Source of the DNA: Hypanus sabinus
Taxonomy: Eukaryota
Assembly (NCBI RefSeq): GCF_030144855.1
Contig: NC_082731.1
Location: 31,930,001 to 31,994,000, forward strand
Length of the DNA: 64,000 nucleotides
Direction of reading: 5' to 3'
The notes beneath the pieces are model-generated. The model was not told where the DNA came from and searched no databases. It saw only the letters and a program-made list of their open reading frames with translations. The translations under genes were made by a program, and so were the position numbers. Below, piece by piece: positions 36,211-49,815 of this stretch; position 1 is the first letter of the stretch; every line of letters starts with the position of its first letter.

Positions 36211-37634
36211 GGTTTATGGATGTGGACCCCACGATCCCTCCGTTTCTTCTGATTGCTAGGAATCCTGATTCCAGCTGCCCAACTTCCCTGCTGCGACCTC
36301 ACACAATGCCCCTCGCCATTCTCACTCTCTCCAATTTATCACAAACTGACGAACCAGAACCCCAGCTCAACATTAGGAAGGGCCACAGCACCCTTCCCTG
36401 TGGGTACCCCACTGATCACAGATTTCCTGCCCCTCTGATCACTCACTCACCCTCCTCCTCTCCCTCTTCCTTCCTTCCAGCCTGTGAACGAGCAGAGGTG
36501 GTGGAGAGAGAGAGAGAGAGAGAGAGGGATTTCAGCCAACAGCGCGAGACCAGAGAACGTTCTCGACCCTGGGCCCCGCAGCAGCTCCTGAAACTCAAAC
36601 CCGAACTTCCCCGCGGCCGCCGGGTCGGTGGAATCCAGAGAGGGACGAGGTGCGGCGGTGTCTGGAATGCTCAGCTCTATGCGTACACCTTCCCCACCCC
36701 CCATGCGTACACCTTCCCCACCCCCCATGCGTACACCTTCCCCACCCCCCATGCGTCTGCCGTGCCTTCCTGTACCCCCGTCTGCACTCTCCACACCAGG
36801 TAGAACACAGCCAGCTGTCCGTTGGCAGTCCTGTGGTGTGGGGGAATGAAGAACAGACAGCAGCCTTCACGGAAACAGGCCCTTCGGCCCAGAGTGCCTG
36901 TGCTAACCAAAATACTAAATAAAACTAAATGCCTTCTTCCTGGACATGTCTAACAGCTTCTTAAACACCTCTATCATATCTACATCCTCCATTACCCTTG
37001 GCAGAATATTCCAGGCGCCCACCACTCTGTGTTAAAAAAGAAGCCCCACTCATCTCCCTTTCATCTTAAATGTGTACCCTGTGGTATTAGACATTACCAC
37101 CCTGGGGGATAAAGATACTGGCTGTCTGCACCATCTCAGATTCAGATTCAGATTATTGTCATTTACAAACCACAAATGCACTGCGGTTAAAAAATGAGAC
37201 AACGTTCCTCCAGAAAAACACATAATAAAACAGACTACACCAGAAAATCCGCATAACATCTGGCAATCCCCAATCCAGAGTCCGGAGAGGCTGCTGCGTA
37301 TTAATATCGCGCTACTGTCTTTCTGCGTTCCCCGGAAAGGAGCTCCAAACCCACCAGACAAAACAAGACCAAAAACTAAAGCTACAAGACCTGCACAAAA
37401 CCACATAGTTACAACATATAGTTACAACAGTGCAAACAATAGCATAATTGATATATAAAAAAACAGACCATGGGCACAGTAAAAATAGTCCAAAGACGTT
37501 AAAAGACCATAAGTTCAAAAGAAATCACCACACAGTTTCCACAAGTCCTCAGGGTCCCAGCTGACTCGCCATCCCACACAGGCAGCAGAAGGAAATACCC
37601 CCGCTATGGACTTCCACGGTGCTGCCCGACTCAG

Positions 37635-37820
37635 CACACATTGAAAGCTCTGTCGAACCCAGCCTCGCAGACACAGCACACAATGAAAGCTCTGTCGAAC
37701 CCAGCCTCGCAGACTCAGCACACAATGAAAGCTCTGTCGAACCCAGCCTCGCAGACACAGCACACGGTGAAAGCTCTGTCGAACCCAGCCTCGCAGACAC
37801 AGCACACAATGAAAGCGACC
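37635..37820. repeat. 42-bp tandem repeat, about 4 copies
   Basis: Unit CACACAATGAAAGCTCTGTCGAACCCAGCCTCGCAGACACAG. Confidence 0.9.
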
Positions 37821-39484
37821 TGACCTGACCGCACTTGTCTCCAAGTCCGTCGAACCTCTGAGCCTCTGACCATCACCTCTGGCACAGCTTCTCCGAGCAC
37901 CATCCTCTGCCGAGCGTAGTAAGATGCCCCCGCCAATGCGACCCCGAGGACTGGGGGCCTGTTCTTCCCAGCAGAGACCCGGACCTCACAGCAGCAGCAG
38001 CAATGAAGAGGGTCTTCCTGGAGATTTCCAGATGTTCCTCCGTTCTCCCACGTCCCTTTCTGATCCGATTATGATTGCGTACAGCACCCCGCTTCACAAA
38101 TAACAGATATGAGCTCCAGATAATCACACTCACGTCCCCATCTACATCAATGGAGTTGTAGTGGAGCGTGTATCAGCTCTGTGCCTTTCCTAACTATCTC
38201 AGGTCTCCCTTCAGCCTCTGCCACTCCAGGAAAAACAACTGAAGTTTGTCTGACCTCTCCTCACACCCTCTAATCCAGGCAGCGTTCGAGTGAACTCCTT
38301 CCGCACCCTCTCCAAAACCGCCACATCTGTCCTATAGTGAGACAACCAGAAGCGAGTGTGTTACTCCAGGTGCCGCCAGACCAGAGCCTTATTCAACTGC
38401 AACGACAATCTGGCATGCAGAACCTCACCATCCTGTACATCCTCATCAGGGCCCCCACCATGGTCCGGTGTTCCAGGTCTATCCTTGTAACCGAAGTCCT
38501 CCCTCCCCGGGAATCTCCCCTGCACTCTCTCCAAAGAATCAGGTTTGTTTCACTGACGTCAGCACGAAACTTCTTGTTTTTGCAGCAGTGTAACAGTGCA
38601 AAAGGCACAAAAGTTACCCCAAATTACAAATAAATAACTGAAAAGAAATAACGAGGACTGTCCCGAACTCTGATGGTGGAGGGGAAGAAGCTGTTCCTGA
38701 ATTTCTGAGTGTGTGTCTTTGGGCTCCTGTACCTCCTCCCTGATGGTAACAGTGAGAAGAGGGCATGGCCCAGTTGGCAAAGGGCCTCAGTGGTGGATAC
38801 CACCTTCCTGAGGCACTACCTCTGGAAGATGTCCTCAATGGTGTCGAGGCTTGTGCTTGTGATGGAGCTGGCCAAGTCCATTGCCCTCTGCAGCCCACAG
38901 ACCAGTACCGGCCCCTTGGCCCACACTGCCCTGCCAACCATTAAGCAGACTCCAGTGTCAACCTCACCCTCCATTCCCCAAAGGTTACAGGAGGAAGAGT
39001 GTTTGGGGGTGGTGGGGGGAAAGAAGAGAGAAGATACTAAATCAGCCGTGATGGAATGGCAGAGCCCTAATGGGCAAAATGGCCTGGTTTGCTCCCCTGT
39101 CCCTAATGTATCAACCTTTATCACTGCCCTTGGTAGGAAACTCCATGAAAAGAACTAAACTCTGATACCCCCTTCATCTCTCATATTAGCATTTCCACTC
39201 CGGGGAAAATATGCTGGTTACCCACTCTGCCATATCACCTCCCTCCCTCATTCGCTCCAAAGAGAAAACCCTTAGTTTGCTCAACCTTTCCTCATATCTC
39301 ATGCTCACTAATTCAGACAGTATCCTGATAAATCTCCTCTGCACCCTCTCTAAAGCTTCTACATCCTTCAACTGAACACCACATTCCAAATGTGGTCAAC
39401 ATTGTTACTGCCCGTTACACCTCTGGCGACGGAGGTCCTCCATCTCTGGCAGTGTTCAGGGCTTCCTCCATCATGTCAGTAGTT

Positions 39485-42400
39485 TCCATAGAACCACAGA
39501 ACACTACAGCACAGTACAGGCCCTTCAATCCTCCATGTTGTGCCGACCCATATAATCCTTCAAAAAAGTACTAAACCCACACTACCCCATAACCCTCCAT
39601 TTTTCTTTCATCTATGTGCCTGTCCAAGAGGCTCTTAAATACCCCTAATGTTTTAGCCTCCGCCACCATCCCTGGCAAGTCATTCCAGGCACTCACAACC
39701 CTCTGTGTAAAAAACTTATCCCTGATGTCTCCCCTAAACTTCCCTCCCTTAATTTTGTACATATGCCCCGGTGTTTGCTATTGGTGCCCTGGGAAACAGG
39801 TACTGACTATCCACCCTATCTATGCCTCTCATAATCTTGTAGACCTCTATCAAGTCCCCTCTCATTCTTCTACGCTCCAAAGAGAAAAGTCCCAGCTCCG
39901 CTAACCTTGCTTCATATGACTTGTTCTCCAAACCAGGCAACATCCTGGTAAATCTCCTCTGCACCCTCTCCATAGCTTCCACATCCTTCCTATAATGAGG
40001 TGACCAGAATTGAACACAATAAGTGTGGTCTCACCAGAGATTTGTAGTGTTGAAACATGACCTCTCTGCTCTTGAACTCAATCCCCCCGTTAATGAAGCC
40101 TAGCATCCACAGGCCTTCTTAACTACCCTATCAACCTGTGCAGTGACCTTGAGGGATGTATGGATTTGAACCCCAAGGTTCCTTTGTTCATCCACACTCT
40201 TAAGTAACTGACCATTAATCCTGTCCTCAGTCTTCTGGTTTGTCCTTCCAAAATGCATCACCTCACACTTGTCCAGATTGAACTCCATCTGCCATTTTTC
40301 TGCCCAACTCTGCAGCCTGTCTATATCCTCTTGTAACCTTTGACCACCTACAGCTCCATCCACAACTCCTCCAATCTTCGTGTCATCTGCAAACTTACTT
40401 CCTCTACATCCAGGTCATTTATAAAAATCACAAATAGCAGGGTCCCAGGACAGATCCCCGCGGCACTCCACTAGTCACCGACCTCCAGGCAGAATACCTT
40501 CCTTTCACAACTATCCTCTGCTTTCTTCCTTTATGCCAAATTTTATCCAAACATTCAAGGTTCCGCTTATCCCATGCCTCATTACTTTTTGGATGAGTCT
40601 CTCATGAGGGACCTTGTCAAATGCTTTGCTAATGTCTATGTAGACCACATCCACTGCTCCACCCTCATCAACTTCTTTTGTTACTTCAAAAAGCTCAATC
40701 AGGCTCGTGAGGCACGCTCTTCCCTTCACAAAGCCATGTTGACTATCCATGAGTAGACTGTACTTCTCCAAATGCTCATAGATCCTATCCTTAAGAATTT
40801 TTTCCAGTAGTTTGCATACCATCGATGTAAGACTCACCAGTCTATAGTTCCCAGGTTTCTCCCTATTACCTTTTTTAAATGAGGGAATTACGTTTGCCAT
40901 TCTCCAGTCCTCTGACACTTCTCCTGCAGCCAAAGAGGATTCAAAAATCATAGCTAATGCTCCTGCGATCTTGTCTCTCAATTCTCACAACAACTTGAGG
41001 TGTATCATATCCAGCCCTGGGGATTTATCGATCTTAATGTTTTTAAGAAGATCCAGCAATTCTTCCTTAATCTCCACATTGTCCAGCACACAGGCCCTCT
41101 CTACTTTGACCTCATCCTGATCAAGATCCTTTTCACTTGTGAATACTGAGGCTACATCCACACTAGACCAGATAATTTTGAAAACGCCGGTTTTGTGTAA
41201 AAACGATAAGCATCCGCACTATGCGTTTTTGGAAATATCTCTATCCACATTAAAACGGAGATTTCGGCAAATCTCATCCTCTTGCGCATGTGCAGGACAC
41301 ATCTACCGAAAAGAAGCGACATGTTTGGTGTCGAATCTCACCGTAAAAGTGCGCGTTTCTGTAGTTACAGACTAGAAAAACATAAAACGATGGACAGCTG
41401 TTGGCTCTCGCACAGGAGGACTTAAAACTAAAAAAAAATACTGGAGTGTATGGAGGCAGCCAACAGGGAATTCACGGACAGATTGACCCGGCTGATGACG
41501 AACATTGAAAAACTGACTAACTCTGTTGCATTAATAAAGTCCCTTGTTAAATGTGTAAAACATGTCTGCATCAGTGTTATCTTGTATTTCCATACAACGT
41601 TACATTAGGCTGTTACACATCTATTGTCAGAGAAGTACTTACATAAGTAGGTAAACCACCTTCATACGAGCAAGGACAGAAAACAGGGCAAAGTGAGTAT
41701 ACTTATTTATTCAGTAAGTTATGGGTCAAAGTATTTGGTGAGTACATTTCTAACTCTTCTGGCTTCAGACTCTTTACTGTCTGTTCTGAAATTGTTAGGT
41801 TGCGTTCAAGAAAACAATAACGTGCTGCCGTCTGACAGTGTTTTCAAAAGTCTCTAGTTACCCCGTCCACATCGATCTGCCCGAGCAGCATTTTCAAAAG
41901 TACCCACCCTGGAAAGCGTTTCTGAAAAGCTCCAGTTTCAGGGGGCAAAAACACCGTTTTAGTGTGGATGGAGGTTAAAAATGAAGAGAAAAAGCTTCGG
42001 TTATGGATTTATCTGGCATAGTGTGGATGTAGCCCGAAGCAAAGTATTCATCTAGGACCTCCCCAACCTCCTCCGCCTCCAGGCACATGTTGCCCTCTTT
42101 ATCCTTTAGCCGTCCCACCTTCATTCTTGTCATCCTCCTATTCTTCACATACGCATAGAATGCCTTGGGGTTCTCCTTAATCCTACATAGAACATAGAAT
42201 AGTACAGCACATTACAGGCCCTTTGGCACCGAAACTCACACTTCAGGACCTCATCCCTCTTCCTGCCTATGTTGTTGGTACAAATGTATCACGACTTCTG
42301 GTTGCTTTCCCTCTGTAAAAAGGATGTCATGCACCTGGTCAGAGACATCCCGATCCTTGGCACTTGGGAAGCAACAAACCATGCGGATGTCCTTCTCACG

Positions 42401-45150
42401 TCCACAAAATCTGTCTGCTCCCCTGACTATAGAGTCTCCAATGATGACAGCTCTCCTCTTCTCCGTCCCATCCTTCTGCACCACAGGGTCAGACTCAGTG
42501 CCAGAGGCCCTGCCACCATGGCTCACACCTGGTCGGTCGTCCATGCCAACAGTATCCAGGACGGTAAACTTATTACTCAGAGGAATGGCTACAGGGGTGC
42601 TCTGCACTATCTGTCTACTCACCTTCGCTTTCCCCCCCTCTGACTGTCACCCGACAACCTGCTTCCGGCAGCCTAGGTCTGACTACCTCCCTGTAGCTCT
42701 CATCTATGACCGCCTCATTCTCCCTTATGAGTCGAAGGTCATCCAGCTGCTGCTCCAGATTCCTCACACGGTCTTCCAGATCGCCCAGCCGCATGTACTT
42801 CTGGTAGATGTGACTCTGCGGGAGAGGGGAGTTCCCCCACGACGGCCACATTTCACAGGCGAGGCACATCACAATCTCAGGAGGCATTGTAAAGACTAAC
42901 TGGGAACAAACTCGTCCTCAGCCTCTCGAGTCAAAGCCTCAAATCTCTACTCCTTCACTAGCCCACTCACTCACTGGCCGTTTTCCCAGTGACCCCTTCA
43001 TGCTCTCCTAAGTCCTTTCTTCAGCTCCTTCCTGGCTACCTTATATTTCTCATAAGCCCCTCCTACTTCCTGCTTCTTATATCTAACATATGCTTCCTTT
43101 TTCCCCTTGTCGAGTTGCCTCACATGTTTCGTCAGCCACAGTTCCCTTTTCCTGCCATTTTTTCCTTGCCTCAGTGGGACAAACCCATCCTGAACCCAGC
43201 TCAGGTGGTCCCTAAACTTCTCCCACATTACTTCTGTGCTGTCCCCCTTGAACATCTGTTTCCAATTTACTCTCACTAGTTCCTGCCTCATCCCTTCAAA
43301 GTTAGCCCTTCCCCAGTTAATCACTTTAACATTTCATCCCTTTCCATAGCTATGGTGAAGCTAAGGGAGTTGTGGTCACTCTCACCAAAATGCTCCCCCA
43401 CCAAGAGGCCTGTCACCAGATCAGGTTCATTACCCAGAACTAGATCCAGTGTAGCCTCTCCTCTCGTCAGCCAGTCCACATACCGTGTCGGGAATCCTTC
43501 TTGAACACACCTGACAAATTCAGCCCCATCTATCCCCCTTGCACTCAGGAGGTGCCAGTCAATATGAGGGAAGTTGAAATCACCCACAACTACTACCCTG
43601 TATTTCCTGCACCATTCTAAAATCTGCCTACTTATCTGCTCCTCAGTGTCCCGAGGGCTATTTGGGGGTCTATAGACTACTCCCAGCACAGTGATTGATC
43701 CCTTCCTATTTCTGACTTCCATCCAGACTGACTCCGTGGACACTCCCTCTGCAGCGACCTCCCTTCCTATGGCCGTGATACTATCCCTGACCAGCAATGC
43801 CGCTCCCCCCACCTTTTCTACCTCCCATCCTATTCATTTTAAAACACCTGAACCCCAGGACCTGCATCATCCAATCCTGCCCTTCCTCCAACCAAGTTTC
43901 AGTAATGGCCACAACATTCGTAGTTCCACATACTAATCCATGCTCAAAGTTCATCCTCCTTGTTCCTAATACTCCTAGTATTGAAATAGACACATTTCAA
44001 CCCCTTTAACTGGCTACAGTTAAGTTCTGTCCCCTGCCTGTCCTTCCTCATCAACTCAGAACTCTTAGCATCATACCCTTGTCCTCCTACCTTAATCCCT
44101 GCACTCACATTCTGATTCCCACCCCCTTACCAAATTAGTTTAAACCCTCCCCAACAGCTCTATCAAACCTGCCCGCCAGGATATTGGTCCCCCTGGGATT
44201 CAAGAACAACCAGTCCTTTTTGTACAGGTCACACTCGCCCCAAAAGAAGTCCCAGTGATCCAGAAATCTGAATCCCTGCCGCCCGCTCCAATTCCTCAGC
44301 CACGCATTTATCCTCCATCTCATTCTATTCCTATTCTCACTGTCGCGTGGCACACACAGTAATCCCATGATTACTTCCTTTGAGATCCTGCTTTTCAACT
44401 TCCTTCATCACTCCTGTAGTCTTCTTTCAGGACCTCGTCCCTTTTCCTACCTATACATATAGGTACCACAACCTCTGGCTGTTCTCCCACCCACTGCAGG
44501 ATATCTTGGACATGATTAGAAACATCCTGGACCCTGGCACCTGGGCGGCAAAGTACCATGCGTCTACAGAATCTCCTGTCTGACCCCCTGACTATAGAGT
44601 CCCCTATCACTACTGCCTTCCTCTTCCTTTCCATACCCTTTTGAGCCACAGGGCCAGACTCTGTGCCATAGGCACGGCCACTGTTGATTCCCCCAGGTAG
44701 GCTGTCCCCCCAACAGTACTCAAACAGGAGTACTTATTGTCAAGGGGTACAGCCACAGGGGTACTCTCTAGTACCTGATTCTTCCCCTTCCCTTTCCTGA
44801 CTGTGACTCATTTCTCTGTCCCCTGTGGCCCCGGAGTGACCACCTGTCTGTAACTCCTCTCTGTCACCTCCTCAATCTCCCTGACTAGACAAAGGTCATC
44901 GAGCTGCATCTCCAGTTCCCCAACATGGTACCTTAGGAGTTGCATCTCGATGCACCGGGTGCAGATGTGGCTGTCCGGGATGCCGGGAGACTCCAGGACC
45001 TCCCACATCTGACACCGACCACAGAAAACTGGCCTCACACACATACTACCTCCTTTTTCAATCAACAACTGCCTCACCTCGTCCCGTTACCGCCAAAGCC
45101 CTCTCACTCTGTTGCCCACTGGATATGGCTGCCTTCTTTTTAAACTGTTC
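39485..45150 (-). mobile_element. CR1 LINE composite (ORF1 with Cys-rich finger and esterase-like GDSIVRG motif; EN; RT; 3' end), interrupted
   Basis: Minus-strand ORFs show CGRCQMW...HICTRC, VVIGDSIVRG, VGDFNFP, KPGNYRLVSLTS, DISKAFDKVP and VQRRFTRMLPGL. Interrupted by a MITE (41150-42034) and a second ORF1 fragment (about 42185-42950). Confidence 0.85.
41150..42034. mobile_element. Non-autonomous PIF/Harbinger-like DNA transposon (MITE)
   Basis: TIRs GGCTACATCCACACTA / TAGTGTGGATGTAGCC; 3-bp TSD TGA/CGA; splits the CR1 sequence TACTGA|AGCAAAG. The superfamily assignment is an inference from TSD length and termini. Confidence 0.75.
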
Positions 45151-47269
45151 ACACTCAACAGGCTGACGTCACGCCCCTGCGCAGTCTGGCCTCTCTCTTC
45201 CCCCGAGAACTCAAAATGTCTTCCCGCTGGAAATCCTTAGGTGCTCTCCTTCTACCTTCTTGTTCCGAATCAAAAACTTCTGCTGATTCCTTGCCCTTTT
45301 TAAACTGTTTCCTCTCCATTTTCACTACAGTCCTGCAAGTCCTGGGTGGAGATTCAGGAATACTGTCACACTCTGATGCAGGATCCTTTATTGCTGTTTC
45401 TGTACCAATTTTACTTGACTAGTCAGGGTTGTTAGCCCTGAGCTGAACCCCCGAACCTGGAGGACTGGTGGATCACTTGCCTCTGCCCTTTGACCTCTTT
45501 GGCACGGGTGACCTCACCAAGAGCCAGAGCATAAAGCCCTGACTCTAGCCAACATCACTCTCCGGGACATTGAGGCACATAAGCCCCCAAACCCTACAAC
45601 TTTGTGGTCCAACCAGGGTTTTAAGGAGCTGCCAGTGCATCCGGATGCCAGCAGTGCAAATGCTCTCTGTCAGACGGTCTTGGGCATTTGGAAGAGGACT
45701 CAGCTCCTTCCAGCGATTCGCTTCAACAGAGGACACCGGTGAAGGTGGGGATAATCCGGATTGGATGGGATGTAGAGACCAGAGGTGATGAGTGGGCCAA
45801 AGGTGGAGAAAGAGGATTGCCCCAGAGTCACACACAAAATGCTGGAGGAACTCAGTAGTCAGGCAGCATCAGTGGAGACGAATAACAAGCTGATGCTTTG
45901 GGCATCATAGAGGGTCACATCCTGAAACGTTATCTTTATTCCTCTCCATAGACTTACCAAGTTCCTCAAGTGTAACGATGGATTCCCCCCCAAGAGGGCC
46001 ACAACCTTGGCGTAGGGTCTGGAGGCTTGTATGCCTCAATGACCTTGGACAGCTACGCTGGCTGGAGTCAGGGCTCGATGCTTTGGCTCTTGGTAGGGTC
46101 ACCAGTGTCAAACAGGTCAAAGGGTAGAGGCCAGACTAAGAGTGACCCACCAATCCTCCCGGTCTGGGGGAAATCTGTTCAGGCTAACAACCCTGACTGG
46201 TCAAACAAAACTTACAGAAAGAGCAATGAAGAATCCTTCTACATCTGAGTGTGACGGTATTCCCGAGACCCCACCCAGAACTTGCATGGCTGACAGTAGT
46301 GAAGACTGAGCTGATAGAAGCCCCAAATGCCAACAGAGATGGAGGACCTTCACTGCTGCCCTAAACACCAGCGTAATGGACAGAGAGCACTCTGCAATTC
46401 CTGCACCTGCAGGATGTCTTGTGTTAGGATGATCCCATCTCTTCACTCTCCCTCTCCACAATCCATCCTCCACCTTCAACAGGGGGAGAATTGATTGAGT
46501 CCACACCCGAGGCCCCCAGCCCGAGCTCCTATCATGAAAACACACAGCCACCAGTCTGAAAAGACTTTTATTTTGCTTCTGTGGCGAGTTAAAGACTTCG
46601 CATCGTGAAGAGGAAAGTTAGCATCGTTAAATATAAATTAGTGAGGACTCCCAGACTCCCTCCCAGGTGAAAGGGACACCAAGACCCACAGGTCCTGTCC
46701 TCACCTCTCCCACCCACTCGTGGCAGTGATGGTGAAAAGACTCCACCCACACAAAAAAGTCTGCCAGGGAGGCAACACTGCTGGTAGGGATTGTGGATGC
46801 AGATGTCAGCAAAGTCATTTCCCCACGTGGCCCAGGCGACAGGGACTGATCCCACAAAGACGCGGAGTTCGTCATAGTCTTCTCACGTTCGGAAGACCCA
46901 CGTACACAGTAGTACAAAAGACTGAGCAGAACTAAACATAATAAATAAATTTCAAATACATATAGATAGAGTTCAGTGCACAGATCTTCCCCCCCCCCCC
47001 CGAGGGAGTCTGAGAGACACCAGTCAGTAGACAGATGTCCCTCAGGAAGGGGGAGCGAGCCAGCGAGCAAGCAGGGGCGGGGACTTTCCACCCTGAATGT
47101 GAACTCTCATAAAGGTGGACAGTTCTCTCCCCCTCACCAGCATACTGCGGAACCCTGCAGCCATGCCCAGAGCTGGGGGCCGGTTCATCTTCAACAAAAA
47201 CAACAGCCTTTCTCAATGTGACATCTGCTCTCTGTATCCCCTGGGACAGCCCCACACTCGTGCACCATT

Positions 47270-48275
47270 AGAATGCTGTTCCTGGACTACAGTTCAGCGT
47301 TCAACACCGTAATTCCCTGCAGACTTGACAGGAAGCTCAGAGACCTCAGCCTGCACCCCGTCTTGGGCAGCTGGATCCTAGACTTCCTACTGGATCATCG
47401 ACATGTGGTAAGGACCTCTGACCCTCAACACAGGAGCCCCCCAGGTTTGTGTCCTGAGTCCCCTCTCTATTCCCTTTACACCCACGACTGTGCTGCCACA
47501 CACAGCTCCAAACTGCTGATCAGATTTGCAGGTGACATGACTTTGATCAGCCTATTTCTGGCAGTGATGAGACAGCCTACAGAGAGGTTGACACCCTGAC
47601 ACAGTGATGCCTGGATAACAACCTCTCCCTCAATGTCCAAACAAACAAAAGAGTTGTTCGTGGATTACAGAAGGAACAGAGACAGGCTCGGCCTGATCAA
47701 CATTGATGGGTCTGCAGTTGAGAGGGTGAGTAGTTTCAAGTTCCTCGGTATACACATCACCGATGATCTCATCTGGCCTGTACACGCCGACTGTGTGGCA
47801 AAAAAAAGCAAAACAATGTCTCTTCCACCTCAGGCAACTGAAGAAGCTCGGCGTGGGCCCCCAAATCCTCAAGGCCTTCTACAGGGGCACAACTGAGAGC
47901 ATCTTCACTGGCTGTATCACTGGGAACTGCCCCAACCTTGATCGCTGGTCACTTCAGAGAGTGGTACGGACAGCCCAGGGCATCTATGCATGTGAACTTC
48001 CCTCCACTGAGGACATTTACAGCAGCAGGTGCAGAAAGATGGCCTGGAAGATGATTGGGACCCCAGTCACCCCCTCAACCATAAACTGTTTCAGCTGCTT
48101 CTGTCTGGCAAACGGTACCGCAGCATTAAAGCCAGGACCAACAGGCTCCGGGACAGCTTCTTTCTACAAGTCATTAGAGTTATAAATTCACATGTCTGTA
48201 CATTGCAACGGAGTCATAACACAAAGATTCTTACTCTTTCACGGGATGAATGGGATGGATGTACAAAATTCAAAT
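47270..48275 (+). mobile_element. Rex1-like 5'-truncated element
   Basis: [15 protein letters not shown]...VSSFKFLGIHITDD...SGKRYRSIKARTNRLRDSF; ends in (AAATTC)n; flanked by degenerate satellite A units. Confidence 0.8.
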
Positions 48276-48715
48276 TCACGGATCCCACCTCTGTATGCCT
48301 GGGACAGCTCCAAACTTGTGCAGTACGAACAGTTCCCATTTCTGTATCCCAGGGTCAGGCCTGTACCCAGAGCAGTGCACGGCTCCCATCTCCAGATTCC
48401 CTGGGCCAGACCCACTCTTGTGTACTGTGTGCGGTTCATATCTCAGTTATCTCTGAGTCAGAGCCACACCAGGAGCACTGTGCACGGTTCCTGCCTCTGT
48501 ATCGCAGGGCAGGATCCACACTGGGAGTACCGTACACTGTCCCTACCTCCGTATCTGCCATGTCAGAGCCACCCTACTGTACCGTGCACGGTTCCCGTCT
48601 CCGTATTGCAGTGCAGGACCCACACGGGGAGTACCGTACACTGTCCTTACCTCCGTATCTGCAGTGTCAGAGCCACCCGAGTACCATGCACGGTTCCCGC
48701 GTCCCAGTCACTGGA

Positions 48716-49815
48716 TATTGACGGTGAGGAGGGAACTCCACATCGCGGGAGGGATGGTGAGGAGGGAACTCCACACTGCGGGTGCGATGGTGAGGAGGGA
48801 ACTCCACACCGTGGTAGGGACGGTGAGGAGGGAACTCCACACTGTGGTAGGGACGGTGAGGAGGGAACTCCACACTGCGGGAGGGACGGTGAGGAGGGAA
48901 CTCCACAACGCGGGAGCGATGGTGAGGAGGGAACTCCACACCGCGGTAGGGACGGTGAGGAGGGAACTCCACACTGTGGTAGGGACGGTGAGGAGGGAAC
49001 TCCACACTGTGGTAGGGACGGTGAGGAGGGAACTCCACACCACGGTAGGGGCGGTGAGGAGGGAACTCCACACTGTGGTAGGGATGGTGAGGAGGGTACC
49101 CCACACCGTGGGAGGGATGGTGAGGAGGGAACTCCACACTGCAGTAGGGATGGTGAGGAGGGAACTCTACACCGTGGGAGGGACGGTGAGGAGGGAACTC
49201 CACACTGCGGTAGTGATGGTGAGGAGGGAACTCCACATTGTGGGAGGGACGGTGAGGAGGGAATTCCACACTGGGAGGGACGGTGAAGAGGGAATTCCAC
49301 ATCGTGGTAGGGACGGTGAGGAGGGAACTCCAAACCGCGGTAGGGACGGTGAGGAGGGAACTCCACACCGCGGTAGGGATGGTGAGGAGGGAACTCCACA
49401 CCGCGGTAGGGACGGTGAGGAGGGAACTCCACACCGCGGTGGGGACGATGAGGAGGGAACTCCAAACCGCGGTAGGGACGGTGAGGAGGGAACTCCAAAC
49501 TGCGGTAGGGACGGTGAGGAGGGTACTCCACACTGCGGTAGGGACGGTGAAGAGGGAACTCCACATCGCGGTAGGGACGGTGAGGAGGGATCTCCACACC
49601 GCGGTAGGGACGGTGAGGAGGGAACTCCACACCGTGGTAGGGACGGTGAGGAGGGAACTCCACACCGCGGTAGGGACGGTGAGGAGGGAACTCCACACCG
49701 CGGTGGGGACGATGAGGAGGGAACTCCACACCGCGGTAGGGACGGTGAGGAGGGAACTCCAAACTGCGGTAGGGACGGTGAGGAGGGAACTCCACACCGT
49801 GGGAGGAACAGTGAG
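48716..49815. repeat. 33-bp minisatellite (GGTAGGGACGGTGAGGAGGGAACTCCACACCGC)
   Basis: Direct inspection; the unit length is a multiple of 3, which explains the long repetitive ORFs. Confidence 0.95.

Noticed and set aside
45795-45832. Minus-strand VTLGN resembling the start of METTL3 exon 11 (ITLGNQ)
   Set aside because: Only about 12 nt match, there is no acceptor, the following residues do not match, and it abuts a repeat end.
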